A DNA stretch of 32,000 nucleotides from Candidatus Methylomirabilis limnetica (GCF_003044035.1 NZ_NVQC01000016.1:128133-160132); one strand, 5' to 3'. Counted from the stretch's first letter, positions 23,194 to 30,956 are shown. The notes: a model not told the origin generated them from the letters alone. Numbers and translations: made by a program.

Positions 23194-24864
23194 ATGGGTC
23201 AGATTCCTGCCGAATACCTGCCTCCGATAGATCTCTGGCCGCAGCGCATCTACGCGCTCCCGGAATTCGTACACCTCCCTCAGCGGTTCAATAGCACCGA
23301 GGAGTTGCTGGATAAGACAGTTGTCGCAGGGAACGGCGACCGAGTGGCCCTCTACTTCGAGGACAAGCAGATCCCGTACAAGGCGCTGCTGGATCAGGTC
23401 AATAGGCTAGGGAGTGCGCTCAGGCGGCTGGGGATCGAGGAGACGGACCGGGTGGTATTGCGCCTGCCGAACATCCCACCGGCAATCGTGGCAAACTTTG
23501 CGGTCCTGAAGATCGGTGCGGTGATCGTCCCGACCTCCGTCCTCTTTTCCAGGGCCGAAATCGCGCACATCTGCAACAGCACGCAGGCCAAGGCGATCAT
23601 CGTTGCCGCCACACTGCTGGAGGAGTTCGAGCAGGCGCGGCCCCTGCTTCACACTGTCAGGCATGTCATTGTCGTCGGTGGAGCGCAGGAGGAGATCGAG
23701 CGGAAGGGCTATCTGGCATATCAGGCACTGCTTGATGGGGGCGATCCGACGTGCGATCCGGTGCGGCGTGATCGGTTGGATGTTTCGGTCATCCTCTTCA
23801 CCTCCGGAACGACGGGGCCGCCGAAGGGGACGGTCCACTTCATGGAAGAGGCGCTGATCGTCCCTGACAGCTTCGGCAAATACTGCTGGCGCGTAACTGA
23901 AGAGGACGTGCTCCTCAGTCCGGCTCCACTGGCAATGGCGGCCGGTTACTCCGTCGCGACTGCCATCCCGTATCGATTCGTGGCAGCCCTCTCCTTGTTA
24001 CCGCGCTTTACGCCGGAGGCGGCGTTCGAGACGATCCAGAACCACAAGGTCACCATCCTCTCGGCCCTCCCAACCGCCTATCGCAAGATGCTTCAGGTGC
24101 CGGATGCCCGGACGCGCTACAACCTCAGTTCGCTCAAGTTGTGCACGGGCGGCGGCGAGTCCTTGACCGCTCAGACCTACTTTGACTGGAAGGCGAAGTT
24201 CGGCATCGAGATCTTCGAGGGACTCGGCACCACCGAGATGATGTTCGTATTCGTCAGCTCGGCTGGGCCGAGAAAGGTCAAGCCGGGATCGATCGGCCCC
24301 GCCGTTCCGGGCTACGAACTCAGGGTGGTCAACGAAGAGGGGAGGGACTGCCGGCCTGGCGAACCCGGCGAGTTGCTGGCCAGAGGTCCAACGGGGACCG
24401 TCTACTGGCGCGATCCAGAAGCGCAACGGCGCGCCGTGACGGAAGGTTGGTGCCGCGCCGGGGATATGGTGACCGTGGACGAAGATGGCTATATCTCGTT
24501 CCTCACCCGCGAGGATGACCTGATCAAGAGTTCCGGGTACCGGATCGGCCCTGAAGAGATCGAGGATGTCCTGCTGACCCACGCGGCCGTGGCTGACGTA
24601 GGCGTGGTCGGTCTGCCTGACCCGGTCATGGGGCAGCGAACGAAGGCGTTTGTTGCGCTCAAAGCCGGTCAGCAGCCTTCCGAAGGGCTCAAGGCGGAGT
24701 TGATCGAGTTCTGCACGGGGAAGCTTGCCGTGTACAAGCTGCCGCGTGAGGTAGAGTTCCTGGATCGGATGCCGCGTGCCACCGGCCCCGGCGGCCCTGG
24801 CACCGGCAAGTTGCTCCGGCGGCTCCTCCGTCAGCGAGAGCAGGACAAACCGAAGGCAGAGTAG
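23194..24864 (+). CDS. AMP-dependent acyl/aryl-CoA ligase (benzoate/2-aminobenzoate-CoA-ligase-like)
   Basis: 556 aa. AMP-binding motif LFTSGTTGPPKG, GLGTTEM, GDMVTVDEDGYISFLTREDDLIKSSGYRIGPEEIE. AGGAGG precedes the ATG. Confidence 0.85.
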   Translation: MGQIPAEYLPPIDLWPQRIYALPEFVHLPQRFNSTEELLDKTVVAGNGDRVALYFEDKQIPYKALLDQVNRLGSALRRLGIEETDRVVLRLPNIPPAIVANFAVLKIGAVIVPTSVLFSRAEIAHICNSTQAKAIIVAATLLEEFEQARPLLHTVRHVIVVGGAQEEIERKGYLAYQALLDGGDPTCDPVRRDRLDVSVILFTSGTTGPPKGTVHFMEEALIVPDSFGKYCWRVTEEDVLLSPAPLAMAAGYSVATAIPYRFVAALSLLPRFTPEAAFETIQNHKVTILSALPTAYRKMLQVPDARTRYNLSSLKLCTGGGESLTAQTYFDWKAKFGIEIFEGLGTTEMMFVFVSSAGPRKVKPGSIGPAVPGYELRVVNEEGRDCRPGEPGELLARGPTGTVYWRDPEAQRRAVTEGWCRAGDMVTVDEDGYISFLTREDDLIKSSGYRIGPEEIEDVLLTHAAVADVGVVGLPDPVMGQRTKAFVALKAGQQPSEGLKAELIEFCTGKLAVYKLPREVEFLDRMPRATGPGGPGTGKLLRRLLRQREQDKPKAE

Positions 24865-24943
24865 TGTCCCGAGTCAGGTATTCGCACATCAAGGCTGACC
24901 AGTATTTGTCGACTGGGAAGTGTTCGAAAACTGTTTGACAAGT

Positions 24944-24968
24944 AGCGGGCAAGCAAAGAGAACCCGCT
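24944..24968 (+). terminator. Weak hairpin downstream of the ligase gene
   Basis: AGCGGG (24944-24949) pairs with CCCGCT (24963-24968) across a 13-nt loop, followed by CTGTCTTC. The U-tract is poor. Confidence 0.25.
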
Positions 24969-25036
24969 CTGTCTTCAGAAATTCCGTGACCGTAATAGAC
25001 TGGTCAGTATACGCATAGTTAGCCGGAACTACGAGA

Positions 25037-25489
25037 ATGGCCATTACACCCGACCGAAACTCATCCCACCTTGCAGGTGAGTACTTCGTAGCTGCGGAGC
25101 TCTATCGGCGCGGATACTCAGTTGCGATGACCTTGGGTAATGCGAAGGCCATCGACCTGTTCGCTGAGCACGATGGCCGCACAGTGAATGTGCAAGTCAA
25201 GGCAATCGCGCGCCGGAAGAACGTCGGCTGGCCCATCATGCAGGACAGGGTAGTACCGGGAGTGATGTACGTGTTCGTGTGCTTGAACGAACCGCCTGAT
25301 GCTCCGACGTACTTCATCGCCACCGCCGAGGAAGCGAGGTTGAAGGTCAAGCAGTACTCAACCCGAGGCATCATTGACCTCACTACCCTTCGCAACGAAC
25401 AGTTCCTTGGACGCTGGGACAAGATCGAGGCGGCTCTGGCGCCCGCCATCGTCCGAGCGACGGACAGATCCCGGCGCGCGTCCGGCTAA
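25037..25489 (+). CDS. hypothetical protein, PD-(D/E)XK nuclease-like fold predicted
   Basis: 150 aa. GEYFVAAELYRRGY (helix with Glu), AIDLFAE (Asp) and VNVQVKA (Q-x-K) occur in the order expected for a restriction-endonuclease-like core. The assignment rests on motifs only. Confidence 0.5.
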   Translation: MAITPDRNSSHLAGEYFVAAELYRRGYSVAMTLGNAKAIDLFAEHDGRTVNVQVKAIARRKNVGWPIMQDRVVPGVMYVFVCLNEPPDAPTYFIATAEEARLKVKQYSTRGIIDLTTLRNEQFLGRWDKIEAALAPAIVRATDRSRRASG

Positions 25490-25618
25490 CAAACAATGGA
25501 GCCGGCACGCCTGTTGTCTCGTGCAATCATATCGCTGATGTGCGCGGCTCATTCGTAGCCCAACAACACAGCGAGCATGTCGCAACCGCGGGGGCGCACC
25601 TTCCGGTCAGACGCGCGC

Positions 25619-25663
25619 CCGAGCGTCATCGATCTTGACGCTCGGCTCCGCCATCGATAGAGT
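25619..25663 (+). promoter_or_regulatory. Candidate vapBC promoter with overlapping palindromic operator
   Basis: 10-bp inverted repeat CCGAGCGTCA (25619-25628) / TGACGCTCGG (25636-25645). -35 TTGACG 25635-25640, 17-nt spacer, -10 TAGAGT 25658-25663. Confidence 0.45.
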
Positions 25664-25698
25664 GATTGTGCAACACTATTCGTATCGATGGAGGTCGT

Positions 25699-25905
25699 AT
25701 GGAGACGGTGGCGGTATCGCCCAAGTTCCAGGTCGTCATTCCGAAGCGGATTCGGGAAAAGCTGGGTCTGTCGCCCGGTCAGAAGGCACAGGCGATTCTG
25801 TACGGGGATCGAATCGAGCTCATCCCCGTACGGTCGATCAAGGGTATGCGAGGGTTCCTACAGGGCATCGCCACGACGGTCGAGCGTGAGGCGGATCGCC
25901 GATGA
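25699..25905 (+). CDS. vapB: AbrB/SpoVT-family antitoxin (VapB-type)
   Basis: METVAVSPKFQVVIPKRIREKLGLSPGQK (looped-hinge-helix/SpoVT-AbrB signature). ATG sits 4 nt after GGAGG. ATGA overlap with vapC. Confidence 0.8.
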   Translation: METVAVSPKFQVVIPKRIREKLGLSPGQKAQAILYGDRIELIPVRSIKGMRGFLQGIATTVEREADRR

Positions 25906-26279
25906 ATGTTGTCGACTCGAGTGCGTGGCTGGAGTATTTCGCGAACGACTCGAATGCCTCGTTCCTCGCTCGGGCGATCGAACGGACGGAGAAGTTGCTA
26001 GTTCCATCCCTGGTGGTCTACGAGGTGTTCAAGAGGGTCCTCCAGCAACGAGATGAGGGCCACGCGCTCCAGGCGGTGGCTGTGATGCAGCAGGGTACCG
26101 TGGTTGATCTCGACGCCCGGCTAGCGCTCCTGGCCGCTCGCATCAGCCTGGAACGTAAGCTGCCGATGGCTGATAGCGTTTTTCTCGCCACAGCCCGAGT
26201 CTACGGGGCAACGGTGTGGACACAGGACGCGGATTTCAAGGACCTGCCCGGCGTCCAGTTTCGGAGGCACACGCCTTGA
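25902..26279 (+). CDS. vapC: PIN-domain ribonuclease toxin VapC
   Basis: 125 aa. Acidic residues at the canonical PIN positions: VVDSSAW (D5), YEV (E41), MADS (D91), TQDADF (D109). Confidence 0.85.
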   Translation: MNVVDSSAWLEYFANDSNASFLARAIERTEKLLVPSLVVYEVFKRVLQQRDEGHALQAVAVMQQGTVVDLDARLALLAARISLERKLPMADSVFLATARVYGATVWTQDADFKDLPGVQFRRHTP

Positions 26280-26354
26280 AGGGTGGGCGGGCTAATAGAG
26301 CAATGGGGACTGACGCCGGAATGTGGCGTTGCTCCGTTAGCGGGGGCTAAGCGG

Positions 26355-27176
26355 ATGGACAACGATCTACACTTCGGTGATGCGTATCCGCCGCGCGAGA
26401 TTGCGCGGAAAGTCGAGGGCCTCGGTGTGGCGAAGGCGCGCACCGATGCACTCACGCTGCTCGTCCTGGCCGTGCTGGCCGGCGCCTTCATTTCGCTAGG
26501 GGCTCTCTTCTTTATCGTCGTGGTGACCAAATCCACCCTTGGCTTCGGCATGACGCGGTTGGTCGGCGGCCTGAGCTTCTGCCTCGGACTGATCCTCGTC
26601 GTTGTCGCGGGCGCCGAGCTGTTCACCGGGAATAACCTCATCGCCATGGCCTGGGCGAGTAGACTGATCGGTACCCGAGCGGTCATGCGCAACTGGTTCC
26701 TGGCTTACCTGGGTAATGTGGGCGGCTGCCTGGCTACGGTAATGCTCGTCGTGTGGGCCAACGTTGCCGATCTGGGCGGGGGTGCTGTCGGTGAGACGGC
26801 CCTCAATATCGCTCGCGCGAAGGCCGATCTTTCGGTTATCGAGGCCTTCACGCGCGGCGTTTTGTGCAACGCGCTGGTGTGTCTGGCGGTGTGGCTTGCT
26901 ATGGGCGGGCGTAGCGTGACCGACAAGATTCTGGCAATTCTCTTTCCCATTACCGCATTCGTGGCCATGGGCTTCGAGCACTCGATCGCAAACTGGTTCT
27001 TCCTGCCCCTCGGGCTCGCGCTGGATGGGGAAGGTACGGTGTCGGTCATCGGAGCAACGAGAAATATCGTCGCCGTGACCGCCGGCAACGTGGTCGGTGG
27101 GACCCTGCTGGTCGCCGGCGTGTACTGGGTGGCCTACTTACGAGGTGAGCGTCGGCCAAACGATGGGCCCTCCTAA
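26355..27176 (+). CDS. formate/nitrite transporter (FNT) family channel
   Basis: GAELFTGN and GFEHSIAN signature motifs and six hydrophobic helices. It aligns end to end with my recollection of FocA/NirC from ATG 26355. The track start GTG 26283 is probably too far upstream. Confidence 0.85.
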   Translation: MDNDLHFGDAYPPREIARKVEGLGVAKARTDALTLLVLAVLAGAFISLGALFFIVVVTKSTLGFGMTRLVGGLSFCLGLILVVVAGAELFTGNNLIAMAWASRLIGTRAVMRNWFLAYLGNVGGCLATVMLVVWANVADLGGGAVGETALNIARAKADLSVIEAFTRGVLCNALVCLAVWLAMGGRSVTDKILAILFPITAFVAMGFEHSIANWFFLPLGLALDGEGTVSVIGATRNIVAVTAGNVVGGTLLVAGVYWVAYLRGERRPNDGPS

Positions 27177-27226
27177 ATCCCGACTGGAGTGCGACCCTGT
27201 CGCCCGCGGGGTGCCCCCTACAAATC

Positions 27227-28201
27227 ATGTTAGACGCGCTTAAACATGGGCGGTCCAACCCCTCGCTACAGTCGACCGCCTATCGGGCCACCAAGCCCGT
27301 CCTCCTGGCGCCGGCGGGCAGCCTCGCGGCTGCGCAGGTGGCGCTAGAGGCCGGTGCCGACGCCATCTACGTTGGCCTCAAAGGCTTTAGCCGCGGCGGA
27401 CCCAGGAGCGAACTGACCTCCCTGGCGCTTCAGGACGTGCTGGTGGCGGCCCATGCGCAGGGCCGCCACGTGCAGGTTGCCCTCAATATCATCCCTAGCC
27501 AAGCCGAACGGCGAGACCTCGTGGAAAAGGTCGGGGAGCTGCTCGGGTGGGGGATCGATGGGGTCATCGTGAACGACGCGGGTCTTCTGGCTGAACTCCG
27601 TAGTCGGTACCCCAAACTTAGTATCACCGCCAGCATCGGCTGCGCCATCATGAACGAGGCCGATGTCGCCTTCTATCGCGACCTGGGGGCCGACGCGGTC
27701 GTACTTCCCGGTACCCTGACGCCTGATGAGATCGCTGCCTTCGCGCAGGTTCCCGATGTATTGATCGAAGTGATGAGCCATATGGTGCAAGAGTTCATTC
27801 TATTGGGCAGATGCTGGATGCCGAGCTATTACCGGCTGAATTCGAGTCCTATGGCATCCCAGTGTGAGGGCGTCAGTCGCCTGATGGGGAGCGTGAAGCG
27901 GGGAGGCGCCGGGGTGTGCTTCAAGATCTGCGAGCAGCCCTGGGAGCTTTACCGGGGAGAGCGATGCGTGGCCACACGGCTTCTGCCAAGCCGTCAGATC
28001 AGCGCGATCAATTACCTGGCCGATATCCTCAATGCCGGTGTCGATGTTGTCAAGCTCCAGGGCAGAGGTCTCGCAGCCGACCTGCTCGCCCCGCTCGTGC
28101 AGCGCTATCGTCTGGCAATCGATTCCTGGATGGCAGGAGAGCCCTTGCCGGCCTTTGCAGAGCCTTGCCTGGAACCTTCCTGGACGGTGATGCGCCGGTG
28201 A
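27227..28201 (+). CDS. peptidase U32 family protein, short UbiU-like form
   Basis: LLAPAGSLAAAQVALEAGADAIYVGLKGFSRGG N-terminus, VKLQGRG near the C-terminus, Cys-rich central segment. No SD before ATG 27227. Confidence 0.8.
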   Translation: MLDALKHGRSNPSLQSTAYRATKPVLLAPAGSLAAAQVALEAGADAIYVGLKGFSRGGPRSELTSLALQDVLVAAHAQGRHVQVALNIIPSQAERRDLVEKVGELLGWGIDGVIVNDAGLLAELRSRYPKLSITASIGCAIMNEADVAFYRDLGADAVVLPGTLTPDEIAAFAQVPDVLIEVMSHMVQEFILLGRCWMPSYYRLNSSPMASQCEGVSRLMGSVKRGGAGVCFKICEQPWELYRGERCVATRLLPSRQISAINYLADILNAGVDVVKLQGRGLAADLLAPLVQRYRLAIDSWMAGEPLPAFAEPCLEPSWTVMRR

Positions 28202-28222
28202 GGTCAGGATGAAGGAGGAATA

Positions 28223-29182
28223 GTGGTGCAGGTCTTTGAGTTGAACACGACCATCTCGAATCTGCGGGACCTCACCGAATCGGATCTGAGTCCATACGAT
28301 GCCATTTACCTTGGCAACATCACCTGTCGGCTGTACGAGGCGAACCTGCTGGAGCGTCTCGATGACCTGCGGGAGGCGATAGCGATCGTGAAGGGCCGAG
28401 GGCAGAAGGCGTACGTCACCACCTATGCCGCGCCGCGCAACGACAACCTGCCGCAACTCCGAAAGGTTGTGGCGGTAGCCGTGGAGACCGGGGCAGATGC
28501 CGTTGAGGTCCATAACCTCGGGGTCTTGAGGATCGTTCACGAGGAGTACCCCGATCTTGCTGTCCATATCGGCGGCTTCGCGAATGTCTATACCGACGGT
28601 GGCGCTGCCGTCCTGAAGCGATACGGGGCAGTTCGCATCACGCCCAACTACGAGCTGAGCCTGGAGGAGATCGGCGAGATCCATCGCCAGGTTGGGCTGC
28701 CGATGGAACTACTGGTTCATGGCAAGATGCCGCTCGGCATGTCAGACGACTGCTTTCTGCTGGAGTATGAGCAGGCCTGGGGGGTGACGTGTCCGACGCT
28801 CTGCCAGCAAGAGCTGTTCCTGAAGCAGGGCGATTGGGCGATGAAGTCAATCGGGAAAGGGGTCATGAGCGGGAAGGATGTCTGCCTGCTGGAACACTTG
28901 AGGCAACTGATGACCGAGGGGCATTCCTGTTTCCGGATCGAAGCGGCTTCAGAGAGTCCTGCCTACCGACTGGAGATTGGCCGGGTCTACCGCGAGGCGT
29001 TGGAGGCTGCCCTTGCAGGCAGGGACGGCGAGGAAGAGCGGTGGTGGGACACGATCAGACGCCATGCGCGAATTGGCCTGTGCAACGGTTTTTACTTTGG
29101 CACCTCTGGAATGGCCTACCATGGCGTGCAGCACCCGGGCGCGGACACTACGGAGGATCAACGGAGCGGTGTAGGGCAATGA
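28223..29182 (+). CDS. peptidase U32 family protein, UbiV-like form
   Basis: Lacks the ELLAPAG N-terminus. Has DAIYLGNITCRLY, HGKMPLGMSDDCF and C-x12-C-x3-C (DDC..TCPTLC). AAGGAGG lies upstream of GTG 28223/28226. Confidence 0.7.
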   Translation: MVQVFELNTTISNLRDLTESDLSPYDAIYLGNITCRLYEANLLERLDDLREAIAIVKGRGQKAYVTTYAAPRNDNLPQLRKVVAVAVETGADAVEVHNLGVLRIVHEEYPDLAVHIGGFANVYTDGGAAVLKRYGAVRITPNYELSLEEIGEIHRQVGLPMELLVHGKMPLGMSDDCFLLEYEQAWGVTCPTLCQQELFLKQGDWAMKSIGKGVMSGKDVCLLEHLRQLMTEGHSCFRIEAASESPAYRLEIGRVYREALEAALAGRDGEEERWWDTIRRHARIGLCNGFYFGTSGMAYHGVQHPGADTTEDQRSGVGQ

Positions 29183-30153
29183 TTGAGCTGCTCGCTCCCG
29201 CAGGTAATCTGGAGATGGCGGCGGAGGTGACGCGGGCTGGGGCCAACGCCATCTATGTGGGACCGCGAGGCTGGAGCCGACGCCGTGACACCTTTGAGAT
29301 GGAAGATGGCGCCGTCCGTGAGGCGATTCGGGTCGCCCATGATGGCGGAGCCAAGCTCCGAGTGGCATGCAATACTCACATGCAATCCAAAGAGATTCCG
29401 GCGCTGCTCAGTCGAATGGAGCGCTTCGTCATGGACGGTGTTGATGGCGCCATCATGGCCGATATCGGTGCGATCGCGGCAGTGCATCGGCGTTTTCCAG
29501 AGCTGCCCCTCCATGCTAGCATCGGGGCTAATATCCTGAACGACGCTGACGTGGCCTTCTACCGGGAGATCGGCGTCTGCCAGGTTGTGGCCGACACCAA
29601 GCTGACGTTGCGGGAGCTCACCTCCAGAAAGGCGCAACTCGACGTCGGGATCGAGATCTTGATCCATGCGAATGCCTGCTATACCTATCTTGGCAAGTGC
29701 TGGATGTCGCCCTACTATCGGCTTGAACGAACGATCGACGAGGCGGGTAAGGACCTCTTCAAGGGGAGTCCGAACCGGGGCGGGCTTGACTACCGCGTCT
29801 GTCTTGAGGCCTGGCAGCTTTACAGCGGCGACATCAAGCGGGAGGACCGCGTGGCGCTCAGGAACGAGGCGTTCTTCCTGCTAGAGGATATTCCGCACTT
29901 GATCGATCTGGGCGTCCGCTGTCTGAAGATCCAGGGCCGCGAGTACACCACGGCGCTTGTGGGGAACATCGTCAGGTTCTATCGCGAGCTGCTTGATGCC
30001 TATGTCGCCAACACGCCGGGTGAGCCGTTCGATCTGAACTCCTGGAAGGCGCGCTCGGCCGTGATCGAGGCCGAGCGGGATAGACAGCGGCACGCAGGGA
30101 CCCTGGCCTTACTGGCCGAGGCCAAGCTTCCTGTCACTGCTCAACCCGCATGA
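29179..30153 (+). CDS. peptidase U32 family protein, short UbiU-like form
   Basis: MIELLAPAGNLEMAAEVTRAGANAIYVGPRGWSRR, C-x6-C (CYTYLGKC), LKIQGREY. ATGA overlap with the preceding gene. The 130-aa upstream extension in the track ORF (28789) overlaps that gene and is rejected. Confidence 0.8.
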   Translation: MIELLAPAGNLEMAAEVTRAGANAIYVGPRGWSRRRDTFEMEDGAVREAIRVAHDGGAKLRVACNTHMQSKEIPALLSRMERFVMDGVDGAIMADIGAIAAVHRRFPELPLHASIGANILNDADVAFYREIGVCQVVADTKLTLRELTSRKAQLDVGIEILIHANACYTYLGKCWMSPYYRLERTIDEAGKDLFKGSPNRGGLDYRVCLEAWQLYSGDIKREDRVALRNEAFFLLEDIPHLIDLGVRCLKIQGREYTTALVGNIVRFYRELLDAYVANTPGEPFDLNSWKARSAVIEAERDRQRHAGTLALLAEAKLPVTAQPA

Positions 30154-30194
30154 GCCGCCGGCTCTTCCCTGGGCACGAAACTCCCTCGGGTTCT

Positions 30195-30282
30195 GTCATT
30201 GCGAGCGACCAACAGGAGCGCGGCAATCTCACCGTACTTTCACTGCGAGATTGCTTCGGTCGCTATGCTCCCTCGCAATGAC
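30195..30282. repeat. GC-rich palindromic repeat (GTCATTGCGAG...GCAATCTC / GAGATTGC...CTCGCAATGAC)
   Basis: Arms 30195-30230 and 30247-30282 are complementary at both ends with a divergent middle. It lies between convergent genes. Confidence 0.8.
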
Positions 30283-30346
30283 GGCTGGGGGACTTGCTGG
30301 GCAATGACACGGGGGACTTTCTACCCGATGTCATGCTTGGTTATGC

Positions 30347-30679
30347 TTAGCCAGCGGGGGCTGGCGCTGCGGTAGGGGCCGGCGCTGCGGCGGCCGCCAG
30401 CGCTGCGGCAGCCGGCTTTTCTTCCACAGGTACCGGTGTCGGCTTTGTGACCGACAGTTGCCACCGGATCAACCCGCCTAGAATCTTCTTCGGGGTGGCG
30501 ACGGTATAGCCCTGGCTGGTTGCCCACTGCTGTATCTCCCCTACCAGCGATTGCTCTGGCACGACAATCACCAGCTCGTCGTCTGCTGCCAACTCCTGCA
30601 GCGCCAGCTTGGCCTGGGGCAATCGGTAGTGACTCATCTCTCCTAGCAACTGAAAGTATCGCGTCATCGCTGTCATCAT
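30347..30679 (-). CDS. TusA/SirA-like fold protein lacking the catalytic Cys, with an Ala/Pro-rich C-terminal tail
   Basis: 110 aa. AAGGAGG directly upstream of the ATG cluster. LLGEMSHYRLPQAKLALQELAADDELVIVV..EIQQWATSQGYTV follows the TusA beta-alpha-beta pattern, but the CPxP motif is replaced by SHYRLP. Confidence 0.5.
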   Translation of the reverse strand: MMTAMTRYFQLLGEMSHYRLPQAKLALQELAADDELVIVVPEQSLVGEIQQWATSQGYTVATPKKILGGLIRWQLSVTKPTPVPVEEKPAAAALAAAAAPAPTAAPAPAG

Positions 30680-30714
30680 CCTCCTTGGCGTTTCATTTTC
30701 GTTGAGGGTCGAAA

Positions 30715-30841
30715 CCCCGCGGCTTGCCGCGAGTTCGTCATACCGGCGGAAGCCGGTATCCAGCGGGCCAGACTGGATTCCGTGTCAAGCACGGAATGAC
30801 TGGCCAGAACAGAAGACGATACCCCGCGGCTTGCTGCGGGG
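30715..30841. repeat. Composite palindromic repeat: two hairpins (30741-30758, 30777-30797) flanked by direct repeats CCCCGCGGCTTGCYGCG (30715-30731, 30822-30838)
   Basis: Direct reading. TACCGGC/GCCGGTA and ATTCCGTG/CACGGAAT stems. Confidence 0.8.
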
Positions 30842-30922
30842 TAGTTCATTTGAGAAGACATTGCCATCCAAAGACTACCAAAAGGTGCAAGTGCGAGTCA
30901 ACGCACGTTTTCGCTTTTCCCC

Positions 30923-30952
30923 TTGACACTGCTTTACGGGCGTTATTACTAT
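30923..30952 (+). promoter_or_regulatory. Candidate sigma70 promoter with no ORF downstream
   Basis: -35 TTGACA 30923-30928, 18-nt spacer, -10 TACTAT 30947-30952. Confidence 0.4.
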
Positions 30953-30956
30953 TCGG

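Noticed and set aside
25358-25585. 75-aa minus-strand ORF downstream of the PD-(D/E)XK-like gene
   Set aside because: It overlaps the 3' end of the plus-strand gene. It is Arg/Cys-rich and has no start context or motif.
26283-26354. GTG 26283 start for the FNT channel
   Set aside because: It adds 24 residues (GGLIEQWGLTPECG..) not seen in my recollection of FocA/NirC N-termini. ATG 26355 gives a family-typical length of about 273 aa. It remains possible.
28789-29178. 130-codon N-terminal extension of the third U32 ORF given in the track
   Set aside because: It overlaps the second U32 gene in another frame. The U32 family N-terminus MIELLAPAG starts at ATG 29179, which forms an ATGA overlap with the upstream stop.
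30702-30926. 74-aa (+) and 63-aa (-) ORFs in the 30.7-30.9 kb interval
   Set aside because: They are translations of palindromic and direct repeats. There are no ribosome-binding sites, and the peptide content simply mirrors the repeat structure.
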